Assembly (NCBI GenBank): GCA_965112735.1
Contig: OZ218952.1
Coordinates: 2,790,001-2,854,000, forward strand
Origin: Phaeosaccion multiseriatum
Lineage: Eukaryota > Protista > Ochrophyta, other classes
Length of the DNA stretch: 64,000 nt
Direction of reading: 5' to 3'
Shown here: positions 45,046 through 57,354 of the stretch, piece by piece
How the letters are laid out: each line of letters opens with the position of its first letter
Numbering within the stretch: the first letter of the stretch is position 1
Made by a program: the position numbers and the translations under genes
The notes under the pieces: generated by a model
What the model saw: the letters and a program-made list of their open reading frames with translations, nothing else
The model's database searches: none
What the model was told of the DNA's origin: nothing

Positions 45046-48000
45046 CACCCACCCACCCTCTGTCCTGACACCCACCCACCCTCTGTCCTGACACCCACCC
45101 ACCCTCTGTCCTGACACCCACCCCACCCTCTGTCCTGACACCTAACCACCCAACCCCCGTCCTGACACCCACCCACCCTCTGTCCTGACACCCACCCACC
45201 TTCTGTCCTGACACCCACCCACCCTCTGTCCTGACACCCACCCACCCTCTGTCCTGACACCCACCCACCCTCTGTCCTAACACCCACCCACCCTCTGTCC
45301 TAACACCCACCCACCCTCTGTCCTAACACCCACCCACCCTCTGTCCTGACACCCACCCACCCTCTGTCCTGACACCCACCCACCCTCTGTCCTAACACCC
45401 ACCCACCCTCTGTCCTAACACCCACCCACCCTCTGTCCTAACACCCACCCACCCTCTGTCCTGACACCCACCCACCCTCTGTCCTAACACCCACCCACCC
45501 TCTGTCCTGACACCCACCCACCCTCTGTCCTGACACCCACCCACCCTCTGTCCTAACACCCACCCACCCTCTGTCCTGACACCCACCCATCCTCTGTCCT
45601 GACACCCACCCACCCTCTGTCCTGACAACCCACCTACCCTCTGTCCTGACACGCACCCATCCTCTGTCCTTAACACCCACCCACCCTCTGTCCTGACACC
45701 CACCCACCCTCTGTCCTGACACCCACCCACCCTCTGTCCTGACACCCACCCACCCTCTGTCCTGACACCCACCCACCCTCTGTCCTGACACCCACCCACC
45801 TTCTGTCCGGACACCCACCCACCCTCTGTCCTACATTCGCCCACCTCTCCTGACACCCACCCACCCTCTGTCCCGACACCCACCCACCCTCTGTCCTGAC
45901 ACCCACCCACCCTCTGTCCTACAATCGCCCACCCTCTGTCCTAACACCCACCCACCCTCTGTCCTGACACTCACCCACCCTCTGTCCTGACACCCACCCA
46001 TCCTCTGTCCTGACACCCACCCACCCTCTGTCCTACATTCGCCCACCCTCTGTCCTGACACCTACCCACCCTCTGTCCTGACACTCACCCACCCTCTGTC
46101 CTGACACCCACCCATCCTCTGTCCTGACACCCACCCACCCTCTGTCCTACATTCGCCCACCCTCTGTCCTGACACCCACCCACCTTCTGTCCTGATACTC
46201 ACCCACCCTCTGTCCCGACACCCACCAACCCTCTGTCCTGACACCACCCACCCTCTGTCCTGACACCCCACCCACCCTCTGTCCTGATACCCCACCCACC
46301 CTCTGTCCTGACACCCACCCACCCTCTGTCCTGACACCCACCCACCTTCTGTCCTGACACCCACCCACCCTCTGTCCTGACACCCTCCCACCCTCTGTCC
46401 TGACACCCACCCACCCTCTGTCCTGACACCCCACCCACCCTCTGTCCTGACACCCACCCACCCTCTGTCCTGACACCCACCCACCCTCTGTCCTGACACC
46501 CACCCACCCTCTGTCCTAACACCCACCCACCCTCTGTCCTGACACCCACCTACCCTCTGTCCTGACACCCACCCACCCTCTGTCCTAACACCCACCCACC
46601 CTCTGTCCTGACACCCACCCACCCTCTGTCCTGACATCCACCCACCCTCTGTCCTAACACCCACCCACCCTCTGTCCTGACACCCACCCACCCTCTGTCC
46701 TAACACCCACCCACCCTCTGTCCTGACACCCACCCACCCTCTGTCCTGACACCCACCCACCCTCTGTCCTAACACCCACCCACCCTCTGTCCTGACACCC
46801 ACCCACCCTCTGTCCTGACACCCACCCACCCTCTGTCCTGACAACCCACCTACCCTCTGTCCTGACACCCACCCATCCTCTGTCCTTAACACCCACCCAC
46901 CCTCTGTCCTGACACCCACCCACCCTCTGTCCTGACACCCACCCACCCTCTGTCCTGACACCCACCCACCCTCTGTCCTGACACCCACCCACCCTCTGTC
47001 CTGACACCCACCCACCTTCTGTCCGGACACCCACCCACCCTCTGTCCTACATTCGCCCACTTCTCCTGACACCCACCCACCCTCTGTCCCGACACCCACC
47101 CACCCTCTGTCCTGACACCCACCCACCCTCTGTCCTACAATCGCCCACCCTCTGTCCTGACACCCACCCACCCTCTGTCCTGACACTCACCCACCCTCTG
47201 TCCTGACACCCACCCATCCTCTGTCCTGACACCCACCCACCCTCTGTCCTACATTCGCCCACCCTCTGTCCTGACACCTACCCACCCTCTGTCCTGACAC
47301 TCACCCACCCTCTGTCCTGACACCCACCCATCCTCTGTCCTGACACCCACCCACCCTCTGTCCTGACACCCCACCCACCCTCTGTCCTGACACCCACCGA
47401 CCCTCTGTCCTGACACCCACCCACCCTCTGTCCTGACACCCACCCACCCTCTGTCCTGACACCCACCCACCCTCTGTCCTGACACCCACCCACCCTCTGT
47501 CCTGACACCCACCCACCCTCTGTCCTGACACCCACCCACCTTCTGTCCGGACACCCACCCACCCTCTGTCCTACATTCGCCCACTTCTCCTGACACCCAC
47601 CCACCCTCTGTCCCGACACCCACCCACCCTCTGTCCTGACACCCACCCACCCTCTGTCCTACAATCGCCCACCCTCTGTCCTGACACCCACCCACCCTCT
47701 GTCCTGACACTCACCCACCCTCTGTCCTGACACCCACCCATCCTCTGTCCTGACACCCACCCACCCTCTGTCCTACATTCGCCCACCCTCTGTCCTGACA
47801 CCTACCCACCCTCTGTCCTGACACTCACCCACCCTCTGTCCTGACACCCACCCATCCTCTGTCCTGACACCCACCCACCCTCTGTCCTGACACCCCACCC
47901 ACCCTCTGTCCTGACACCCACCGACCCTCTGTCCTGACACCCACCCACCCTCTGTCCTGACACCCACCCACCCTCTGTCCTGACACCCACCCACCCTCTG

Positions 48001-50797
48001 TCCTAACACCCACCCACCCTCTGTCCTAACACCCACCCACCCTCTGTCCTAACACCCACCCACCCTCTGTCCTGACACCCACCCACCCTCTGTCCTGACA
48101 CCCACCCACCCTCTGTCCTAACACCCACCCACCCTCTGTCCTAACACCCACCCACCCTCTGTCCTAACACCCACCCACCCTCTGTCCTGACACCCACCCA
48201 CCCTCTGTCCTAACACCCACCCACCCTCTGTCCTGACACCCACCCACCCTCTGTCCTGACACCCACCCACCCTCTGTCCTAACACCCACCCACCCTCTGT
48301 CCTGACACCCACCCATCCTCTGTCCTGACACCCACCCACCCTCTGTCCTGACAACCCACCTACCCTCTGTCCTGACACGCACCCATCCTCTGTCCTTAAC
48401 ACCCACCCACCCTCTGTCCTGACACCCACCCACCCTCTGTCCTGACACCCACCCACCCTCTGTCCTGACACCCACCCACCCTCTGTCCTGACACCCACCC
48501 ACCCTCTGTCCTGACACCCACCCACCTTCTGTCCGGACACCCACCCACCCTCTGTCCTACATTCGCCCACCTCTCCTGACACCCACCCACCCTCTGTCCC
48601 GACACCCACCCACCCTCTGTCCTGACACCCACCCACCCTCTGTCCTACAATCGCCCACCCTCTGTCCTAACACCCACCCACCCTCTGTCCTGACACTCAC
48701 CCACCCTCTGTCCTGACACCCACCCATCCTCTGTCCTGACACCCACCCACCCTCTGTCCTACATTCGCCCACCCTCTGTCCTGACACCTACCCACCCTCT
48801 GTCCTGACACTCACCCACCCTCTGTCCTGACACCCACCCATCCTCTGTCCTGACACCCACCCACCCTCTGTCCTACATTCGCCCACCCTCTGTCCTGACA
48901 CCCACCCACCTTCTGTCCTGATACTCACCCACCCTCTGTCCCGACACCCACCAACCCTCTGTCCTGACACCACCCACCCTCTGTCCTGACACCCCACCCA
49001 CCCTCTGTCCTGATACCCCACCCACCCTCTGTCCTGACACCCACCCACCCTCTGTCCTGACACCCACCCACCTTCTGTCCTGACACCCACCCACCCTCTG
49101 TCCTGACACCCACCCACCCTCTGTCCTGACACCCACCCACCCTCTGTCCTGACACCCCACCCACCCTCTGTCCTGACACCCACCCACCCTCTGTCCTGAC
49201 ACCCACCCACCCTCTGTCCTGACACCCACCCACCCTCTGTCCTAACACCCACCCACCCTCTGTCCTGACACCCACCTACCCTCTGTCCTGACACCCACCC
49301 ACCCTCTGTCCTAACACCCACCCACCCTCTGTCCTGACACCCACCCACCCTCTGTCCTGACATCCACCCACCCTCTGTCCTAACACCCACCCACCCTCTG
49401 TCCTAACACCCACCCACCCTCTGTCCTGACACCCACCCACCCTCTGTCCTGACACCCACCCACCCTCTGTCCTGACACCCACCCACCCTCTGTCCTAACA
49501 CCCACCCACCCTCTGTCCTGACACCCACCCACCCTCTGTCCTGACACCCACCCACCCTCTGTCCTGACAACCCACCTACCCTCTGTCCTGACACCCACCC
49601 ATCCTCTGTCCTTAACACCCACCCACCCTCTGTCCTGACACCCACCCACCCTCTGTCCTGACACCCACCCACCCTCTGTCCTGACACCCACCCACCCTCT
49701 GTCCTGACACCCACCCACCCTCTGTCCTGACACCCACCCACCTTCTGTCCGGACACCCACCCACCCTCTGTCCTACATTCGCCCACCTCTCCTGACACCC
49801 ACCCACCCTCTGTCCCGACACCCACCCACCCTCTGTCCTGACACCCACCCACCCTCTGTCCTACAATCGCCCACCCTCTGTCCTGACACCCACCCACCCT
49901 CTGTCCTGACACTCACCCACCCTCTGTCCTGACACCCACCCATCCTCTGTCCTGACACCCACCCACCCTCTGTCCTACATTCGCCCACCCTCTGTCCTGA
50001 CACCTACCCACCCTCTGTCCTGACACTCACCCACCCTCTGTCCTGACACCCACCCATCCTCTGTCCTGACACCCACCCACCCTCTGTCCTACATTCGCCC
50101 ACCCTCTGTCCTGACACCCACCCACCTTCTGTCCTGATACTCACCCACCCTCTGTCCCGACACCCACCAACCCTCTGTCCTGACACCACCCACCCTCTGT
50201 CCTGACACCCCACCCACCCTCTGTCCTGATACCCCACCCACCCTCTGTCCTGACATCCACCCACCCTCTGTCCTAACACCGACCCACCCTCTGTCCTGAC
50301 ACCCACCCACCCTCTGTCCTACATTCGCCCACCCTCTGTCCTGACATCCACCCACCCTCTGTCCCGACACCCACCCACCCTCTGTCCTGACACCCACCCA
50401 CCCTCTGTCCTACATTCCCCCACCCTCTGTCCTGACACCCACCCACCCTCTGTCCTGACACCCACCCACCCTCTGTCCTGACACCCCACCCACCCTCTGT
50501 CCTGACACCCACCCACCCTCTGTCCTAACACCCACCCACCCTCTGTCCTGACACCCACCCACCCTCTGTCCGGACACCCACCCACCCTCTGTCCTGACAC
50601 CCACCACCCTCTGTCTTGACACCCACCCACCCTCTGTCCTACATTCGCCCACCCTCTCTCCTGACACCCACCCACCCACCCTCTGTCCGGGCACCCACCC
50701 ACCCTCTGTCTTGACACCCACCCACCCTCTGTCTTGACACCCACCCACCCTCTGTACTGACACCCACCCATCCTCTGTCTTGACACCCACCCACCCT
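45046..50797 (+). repeat. Large array (~250 copies) of the same 23-bp unit with higher-order structure, between convergent genes
   Basis: Read directly; near-identical ORF-track entries recur at offsets of 2726, 1216 and 524 bp. Confidence 0.95.
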
Positions 50798-50967
50798 GTA
50801 CTGACAGTACTGACAGCTCTTGCGCTTGATATGGAGAAGTAAAAGCACACAAGAGAGACACGTCGTGTTTGTATATTGACGCATAGGAGTCATCCTAAGC
50901 ACATGGGAAAACGCAAACAAGAAATGATTGGCATGGATCGTCGCCAATTGGGGGAAAGCCTAGAAGC

Positions 50968-53900
50968 CTATGGGTCGTAGTGGATGATATCTCCCTCCTT
51001 GTCATAGGCCTCGTCCATGCCTTCCTCCTCGGAATGTTTGAACACGACCACTTTCTGCTTCTGCTTCTGCTTCTTCGTTGGCTTCTTATTCTTGTTCTTG
51101 TTCTTCACCACCACGGGAGTCAGTCCTAGTCCTGCTGCTGAATCACCAATTGCCGCTCCAGTAGCAGCTCCAGACGTCGTCGCCGTCAGAAGGCCCTTCG
51201 AGACACGAGCGAGGAGGCCCCCTTCCCCTCCTTCAGCTGCACCTCCTTGTACTTCCTCTCCTTCAACTTGAACTTCAACTCGTGGCACCTCATCGTCTGC
51301 TGCTCCTCCTTTTCCATCCACACCTATCCCTACTCCTTCCTCTGCATCTGTACCTGCTTTTGCTGCTGTAGCACCAACTGCTGCTTCTACGGCCCCTGAC
51401 ACAGACTGCAGTCGAAGATGCAGGGCCTTCTCCTCTTCCCGATGCATCGCCTCCACCTCGAGCGCCAGACCGTCTTGGATGGCACGGAGGAGGGCGGTCC
51501 TGCCTAATGTGCTTCGGAGATAGAAGGGCCCTCCTCCTGGCACGAAAAGCGTCTTGCACTCACACTCCGTCTCCAGGCCCCAGCTGATGAGACGAGAGGG
51601 ATGAGAGAGAAGGGGGGGGGGGGAGGGAGGGAGAGAGAGAGAGGAAAGGAGAGAGAGGGGGGGGGGGAGAGGGAGAGGGGGGGGAGGGGGGGGGAGAGGA
51701 ACAGAGAGGAAGGGAGGGGGGGAGGGAGGGAGGGAGGGAGGGAGGGAGGGAGGGACAGAGAGAGGGAGGGGGGGAGACATGGCAACACACCGTGTGATGG
51801 ATGCATGCATTGGTAGTGCAGGGTTGAAGGTCGTGAAGGAGGAGGGAGATTGGTTTGGTCAGCAGCTGTGACTTGACTGTCAACTTGAACACGACTTCCA
51901 CAACTTCACACCACTTCACCTTGACTCCCACCATATGCTTCCACCTCGCAGTCACACTCCATCGGCCAAACAGCCCGCCATGGTGTCTTTCTTGTCCCCC
52001 TCCCCTCTGCTCCTTACTCCCCCCTAACCCCCCCCAACCCTTGCCACTCTAACGCCGAGAGAGAGGCAAGATCGATAATACAAGATTGATCACGTAATCC
52101 TGTACGTACGTACGTACGTACGTACGTACGTACGTACCCCTCTAGATTGATAAGGTTTCCGTCCAGTGCCCCCCCCGCGGCCAAGATGGGGCATTTGAGG
52201 CGAGGCCCCACCTCGTACTCGTAACTGTCGAGAAATCTTGCCGTAGGATGCCGTAGGACGCAGAAGAGGGAGGGAGGGAGCGAGGGAGGGAGGGAGGGAG
52301 GGGGGGCAAGAGGAACGGGAGGGAAGGGCAGGGAAGGAAAGGTAAGGGGGAGATGAGAGGGAGAGAGCGGGAGAGGGAGGGCGCCAGAGAAAGACGAATA
52401 GAGAGGGGCAAAAGACGACCAGAAACGCTTTGGAAGGCAAAGGCCGGTCGTGGTACTCGACAAGGCCCGGACCGCCCGCCCCCCCTCCTAGTCCCCTGCC
52501 ATCCACTGCCATCCACAGACATGACTCACTGCAAGTCCGCTGCCAGCTGGGGGATGAAGAGCCTAAGCAAGCCCTCGTTCTCCACCAGCTCCTCGGGGAG
52601 CCCGCCCTAATGTTCAGGGTGCAATGCCGTACCAAAAGAGGTGTAGATCGATACGTACATAGATGGGCGGATAGGTTGACAGGTTGATAGGTAGATAGAT
52701 ACACAGGTTATATGAGTCCGCAATACCGTGCAGAAAGAGGTCTTCGACAGCTACGGAGGTAGATAAGGTTAGTGGATATTAGAGTAGAGTCCATGAGCAA
52801 TCCAAAAACTCCAAAAGAAGACATGTCCGAATCCAAAAAAGCGCCTCCCTCCCCCCTTCCCCTACCCTTTCGTTTCGTTTCGCCTGTCTTTTCCGCTGCT
52901 GTTGTTGCTGGTGTTGCTGCTGCTGCCACTACTCTAAGCAAGTTGGTGGCGCGTAACACTCACCCGTTCACAGACGGCGTCCTGAAAGTCCTGATTGAGA
53001 GCGTGCAGTACACTGCCGTAGTCATCGAACACACACAGCTTGCCCAACTTTGCTTGTGTATGGAACAGCTGAGGAGCGTTCATACCAGACACAAACAGCG
53101 CGTGAGTGGGCTGAGAGTGCGAGTGCGCGTGGTGGTCGTCTTCGTCGCCGTCGTCGTCGTGCTGGCGATCTGCAGGCAGGAAGGGGGGGGGGGGGGGTGA
53201 GGGGTGAGGGATAAGGAGATTTAAGGGTTGGCGAGGGGGGCGAAGGGGAAGGGACAACAAGAGGAGGCATGCTGCAGGCATACATACAGGAGGCAAGCAT
53301 CAATGAAGCGAGATGGAGAGAGAGGATGATGAGAGGGCCAGGCAAAGCCTCAACAATGTGCAACTCTACACCTGTATTGGCGTGGGTGAAGGAGAGGCGT
53401 AGGATAGTGTCCCGGCGGCGCTCTAGCTCTCTTGTGACCTCAAAGGCCAACAGAGCACCGAGCTCATGTCCGAACATTGCCAGGGGAAGGTCCGGGGCGA
53501 AGGAGCCTGACGAGCAGGGGTTAGCGTCTGACAAGGCTGCTGACAAGGGGGTGGTGTCGACTCGGACAATGTCGAGGTGTATCAGAGCACTGCGTCAAGG
53601 GAGATGAAGGGAGGGAGGGAGGGAGGGAGGGAGGAGAGGAAGCAGGGAGGGAGGGAGGGCAGGAGGAGAGCCCGGTCAGGAGAGGGGGGCAGGGGAAACA
53701 AAAGCAGGGTGGTGCCCTTCCTCCCACAAGGAGGAGAGAGAGATGCAAGGAAGTGGACCATCGCCTCTCTTCCAAAGGAGTTGCGCAGTTCTCCCAGCCT
53801 CGCTTCCCCGCCATTTATCACTCTCGCTCGCCCATTGATTCACTCACTCACGCACTCACGCTCTCTCTCCCTCACTCACTCTGCAATATCGGACACGACG

Positions 53901-54511
53901 GAGGGAAAGTCACGCAGCAAGTCATCCGTCCGCTCCAGGCGGCCCGGCAAGCGCAGCATGATCACCTCTACATGGGGCAAAAAGCCCTCCCACTGCGAGT
54001 ATGCCAGGTGCGTGCCTCCCGCCCAGGGGAAGCACAAGAGACGGATCTCCGCCGATGGTCTGCGGGAGCGATAGGTTATCCAACGAAGCGCTTTGGCCAT
54101 ACGCGTGCTACGCATACTCATGGGGAAGCCACCAATGGTGGCGGTGGTGTTGCTTCCAACCCCGACTTCGTCATCTCCTCCTTTGTCCCCGTCGCCCAGC
54201 TCGTGCTCTTCGTCGTCGCTGCTGCTGTCTCCTCCACCTCGGCGAAAGAGTCTCTCTGCAAAAGAACCATAAAAGGTGGATCTGTCGTGTCGCTCTTCCT
54301 CTGGCACAGGGTGATCTCCTTCGTCTTGGTCGTTGTCTTCATCGTCGTTCTCCTTCTCTTGCTGCTCCTTCGCCTCCTCCTTGTCGTCCTCATCTATACG
54401 CTCCTCTCCAGTATCTGTGGTGCTATTCCAGTCCTGGTGCTGATTTTTCTCCTCCTCCTGCCACCTTTCTTCCTCTTCTTCCTCCTCATCCTCTTCTCTC
54501 AGGACCTCCAT
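50968..54511 (-). CDS. Type II thioesterase (GrsT/RifR-like alpha/beta hydrolase) homologue, apparently catalytically dead; ~6 exons
   Basis: RLLCFPWAGG...LPGRLER, MFGHELGALLAFEV, LFVSGMNAP, L..F.PQLAADL, LKCPILAAGGALD, W..ET...FVPGGGPFYL. ATG at 54511; acidic N- and C-terminal extensions. Confidence 0.85.
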
Positions 54512-54673
54512 CCATCTACCCAAGGAAGTAGAAGGGGAAAAAGAACAAAAAAAAACGACAGGCAGTTGAAAATTTCTGAAGTCGAGGAAACCGACTGGCC
54601 CGGGGCGGTGAGACATTACTTTTAGACAATCATAGATGGCACTTAAGGGTATACATTCACCTCAATCACCATC

Positions 54674-55131
54674 TCGGCCCCGTGCACGCCTAGCGGCCTA
54701 GGCCTATTTTGGAAAATTGCCCGGCCTAGCGAGGGCCGTAGGCCCTCGGCCTATTTATAGGCCGCCTAGGCGGCGGCCTAGGCGGGGGCCGGAGGCCCGC
54801 GGCCTAGGGCAGACGCCAACTAGGCGCAGGTCCAGGGCGGGAATATGCTCGTATGCCCCTGGGCTGGCCCGGAACCCGCCCAAGTGTCGTCAGTTTTAAG
54901 CAAATGTATTGTATGGGATAAGTGAGGAGTAGACTTGGTTCGTGTTGTCTCTTTCCGCCTCGCTGGCCCTACGAGGAGTCCGGCTTCTGCGTGTGCTGCT
55001 ACCCACTGGCTGGGCGGCACCACGCACGCGCCCACGGTCACTGGGAGGCTGCCTAGAGGCGGGCTATAGGCCGCCTTGGGCTGAAAAGTGAGCGGCCTAG
55101 AGCCTAGGCCGCTAGGCGTGCACGGGGCCGA
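54674..55131. mobile_element. MITE (458 bp) with perfect 30-bp TIRs and 6-bp TSD (ACCATC)
   Basis: TCGGCCCCGTGCACGCCTAGCGGCCTAGGC at 54674-54703 and its exact reverse complement at 55102-55131; ACCATC at 54668-54673 and 55132-55137; many subterminal CCTAG(G) motifs; no coding capacity recognised. Confidence 0.9.
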
Positions 55132-55139
55132 ACCATCAG

Positions 55140-55277
55140 TCGACATCAGGGCCCGAAGCGCGCTATCCGATAGCGGATAGCGCGCCGGCGATAGCGGATG
55201 ATTTCTGATTATGGCGCCAGCCCGCCTTGATTACTGATTATGGCCGGCGCCAGCCGGCCTGGCTGATTGCTGATTTA
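55140..55277. repeat. Partial GATAGCG-type element fused to copies of the 32-bp TGATTACTGATTA repeat
   Basis: gcgcgctatccgatagcggatagcg is shared with 55789-55813; gattactgattatggccggcgccagccggcctg is shared with 472-621. Confidence 0.7.
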
Positions 55278-55752
55278 CGGCGGAGCCTGCACAGGTTTGC
55301 TCTATTTATCACATTAATTCGACGCCTGACGTCCTACCGAGGTCCTACCGACCTTCTCTTGGGTAGCATACGACTGGGCGGCGGCAAGTAGATACAACTG
55401 GCACGTTATGGCTATGTCACGCAGGTGGTACCATGGGTCGAATGCGTACAGGGCGAGCGCTCTGGGCGAAAGCTGTGTCGCCGTAGCTGGCTATAGCAGC
55501 GCGGATGCCCTCCTTCACCAATGTGCCTCCCACAAAAGTCCTTCAAGAGACCAACAGAGAATCGAGCGTCGTGGTGGTTGCTACATGCAGAGGATGAATC
55601 AACGACGAGATTCCTGGTAGGGCTAGCAGGACCCCTCCCTTCCAAACAAAACCGGCATCCACACACGCCCCGTGCTGAATAAAGCGCTGGATGAAAGATG
55701 GGGGGATGATGCGGAGACCATTTCCGAAGCCACCTCCACACCTCGAGCATAG

Positions 55753-55864
55753 TCGACCCCTGACGCACTATCGCCCACATTCTCGATAGCGCGCTATCCG
55801 ATAGCGGATAGCGGATCGGCTGGCGCCGGCGATAGCGGATAGCGGATAGTGCATCAGGGGTTGA
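55753..55864. mobile_element. Small MITE (112 bp) with 20-bp imperfect TIRs and internal GATAGCG repeats
   Basis: TCGACCCCTGACGCACTATC versus the reverse complement of the right end, TCAACCCCTGATGCACTATC (18/20). Flanks GCATAG/GCATTG match 5/6. Confidence 0.75.
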
Positions 55865-56665
55865 GCATTGAGCATAGTGTAAGCCCCTCTCCTTGCTCGC
55901 CAAAGTGGGTCGCTTGCGCACATCAGGTCCATGGCAGTCAGCGATGCGAAGACCTCCGCTGCTGCGGCGAGGAGGACCGAGGCGCTTGTTGGCGACCTCT
56001 CGGTCAAGCCATCTGCTGTACACAGACAGTAGCAATGGCCACCGAGGCTCGGCCAAAAAGGAGCTGCAAAGCCATCCCAGGTGGCCTTCATCGACAACGG
56101 CCGGTGCAGCGGGGTAGTGCCACTCACGGTCAGGGCATCACATGAGCAGCAGCCGAGCGAGCGAGAAGACGGGCCGCCACCACCACCCCTGGCCCGTATG
56201 GAGCAGCGCAGTCAAGTGGAATTTTGGTACCAGCAGCCAGAAGCCGCATCACCCCTCATCACCCCTTCCCTCAGACGCGACGTGGAGAGAAGTCTAACCA
56301 TTCATCCTGACTGAATAAACATGGGCGTTATTTTTTCACCGTTTTCGCCGGTCGTACGGGCGTACGACCAATTGCTCGAGGCCCCCCGGGAGAGTTGGAG
56401 TCCTCACCCTCTTCTCTCATCTAACATCGAAAAGCGAAAACATCCGAAGAACGTGCAAGTTGCACAGAAGTAGCATCCCTTTATACACATCCCTTGCATA
56501 GCTTTCGGCCTGCCTCTTATCCCAGGCTAGCAACGCTGAGGCAGAATTCTCTCAGGTAATATTGCGGAACCATTACCTTTGTTTTCTCGAGCCTTGCGTT
56601 TTGCATCTGCTCACCGGAACGCCGCCCATCTCCTCTGCCCCTTCCTCTCCTCACCTCAGGCAAAG

Positions 56666-57231
56666 ATGCCTGCATTTGGCCACCGATGTTGCAGACAGCA
56701 GCAGCAGACCCAGCTGCAGCGGCAGAAGCAGCAGCGAAGGTTACGCGCAGCCGGTTTAATTGCCTCACTGTTACTGCAGCAGGGTAGCGCATTCAGTGGG
56801 ACGGGAGCACTGCATGGGCAGTCTCTTTTGCGGCATGCCAAGGTTCGGCCAAGGGGGGAGAGTCGGTCTACCACTCTTGCTGGGCGAGTGGGGGCCTTCC
56901 AACCTCCAATACGGATAAACATGAGCAGCAACAGGAGACGAGGGGCATCTCTGGTTTGGCGGCAGGAAAGGGAAAGGGAAGGAGATGGCGGACCTGCTTC
57001 TACTGCTGCGGCGAGCTTACAGGAGGCTAGCATACGGAAACAAGAGGCTCAGTACGATGACGGCCCTCCGACGCCTTCTCCCTCGGAGGATGCCGCGGCG
57101 GCTATCTCTCAGCTCACGCCGATTTTCATCTTGGAAGGGGCGCCTGAAACGAGCCTCGACACTTCCGCTCTGGTGACCGCTGTAGGGACAGGGGCTGCCT
57201 ATACCGGCTCACCAGCGCTCAAGACACCCCC

Positions 57232-57276
<45 letters not shown>

Positions 57277-57318
57277 GCTGCAACAACAACAACAACCACA
57301 ACCACAACAACCACCACC

Positions 57319-57354
<36 letters not shown>

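Noticed and set aside
45046-50797. CRISPR array or telomere
   Set aside because: Units are head-to-tail with no unique spacers, there are no cas genes, the context is eukaryotic, and there is no TTAGGG-type repeat.
39826-50861. Many '[23 protein letters not shown]' ORFs on the minus strand
   Set aside because: These are translations of the 23-bp satellite: same peptide in all three frames, mostly non-ATG starts, and the first array is intronic on the other strand.
55408-56314. ORFs near the MITEs as a possible transposase
   Set aside because: No DDE, zinc-finger or other recognisable motif; short, overlapping and mostly non-ATG starts.
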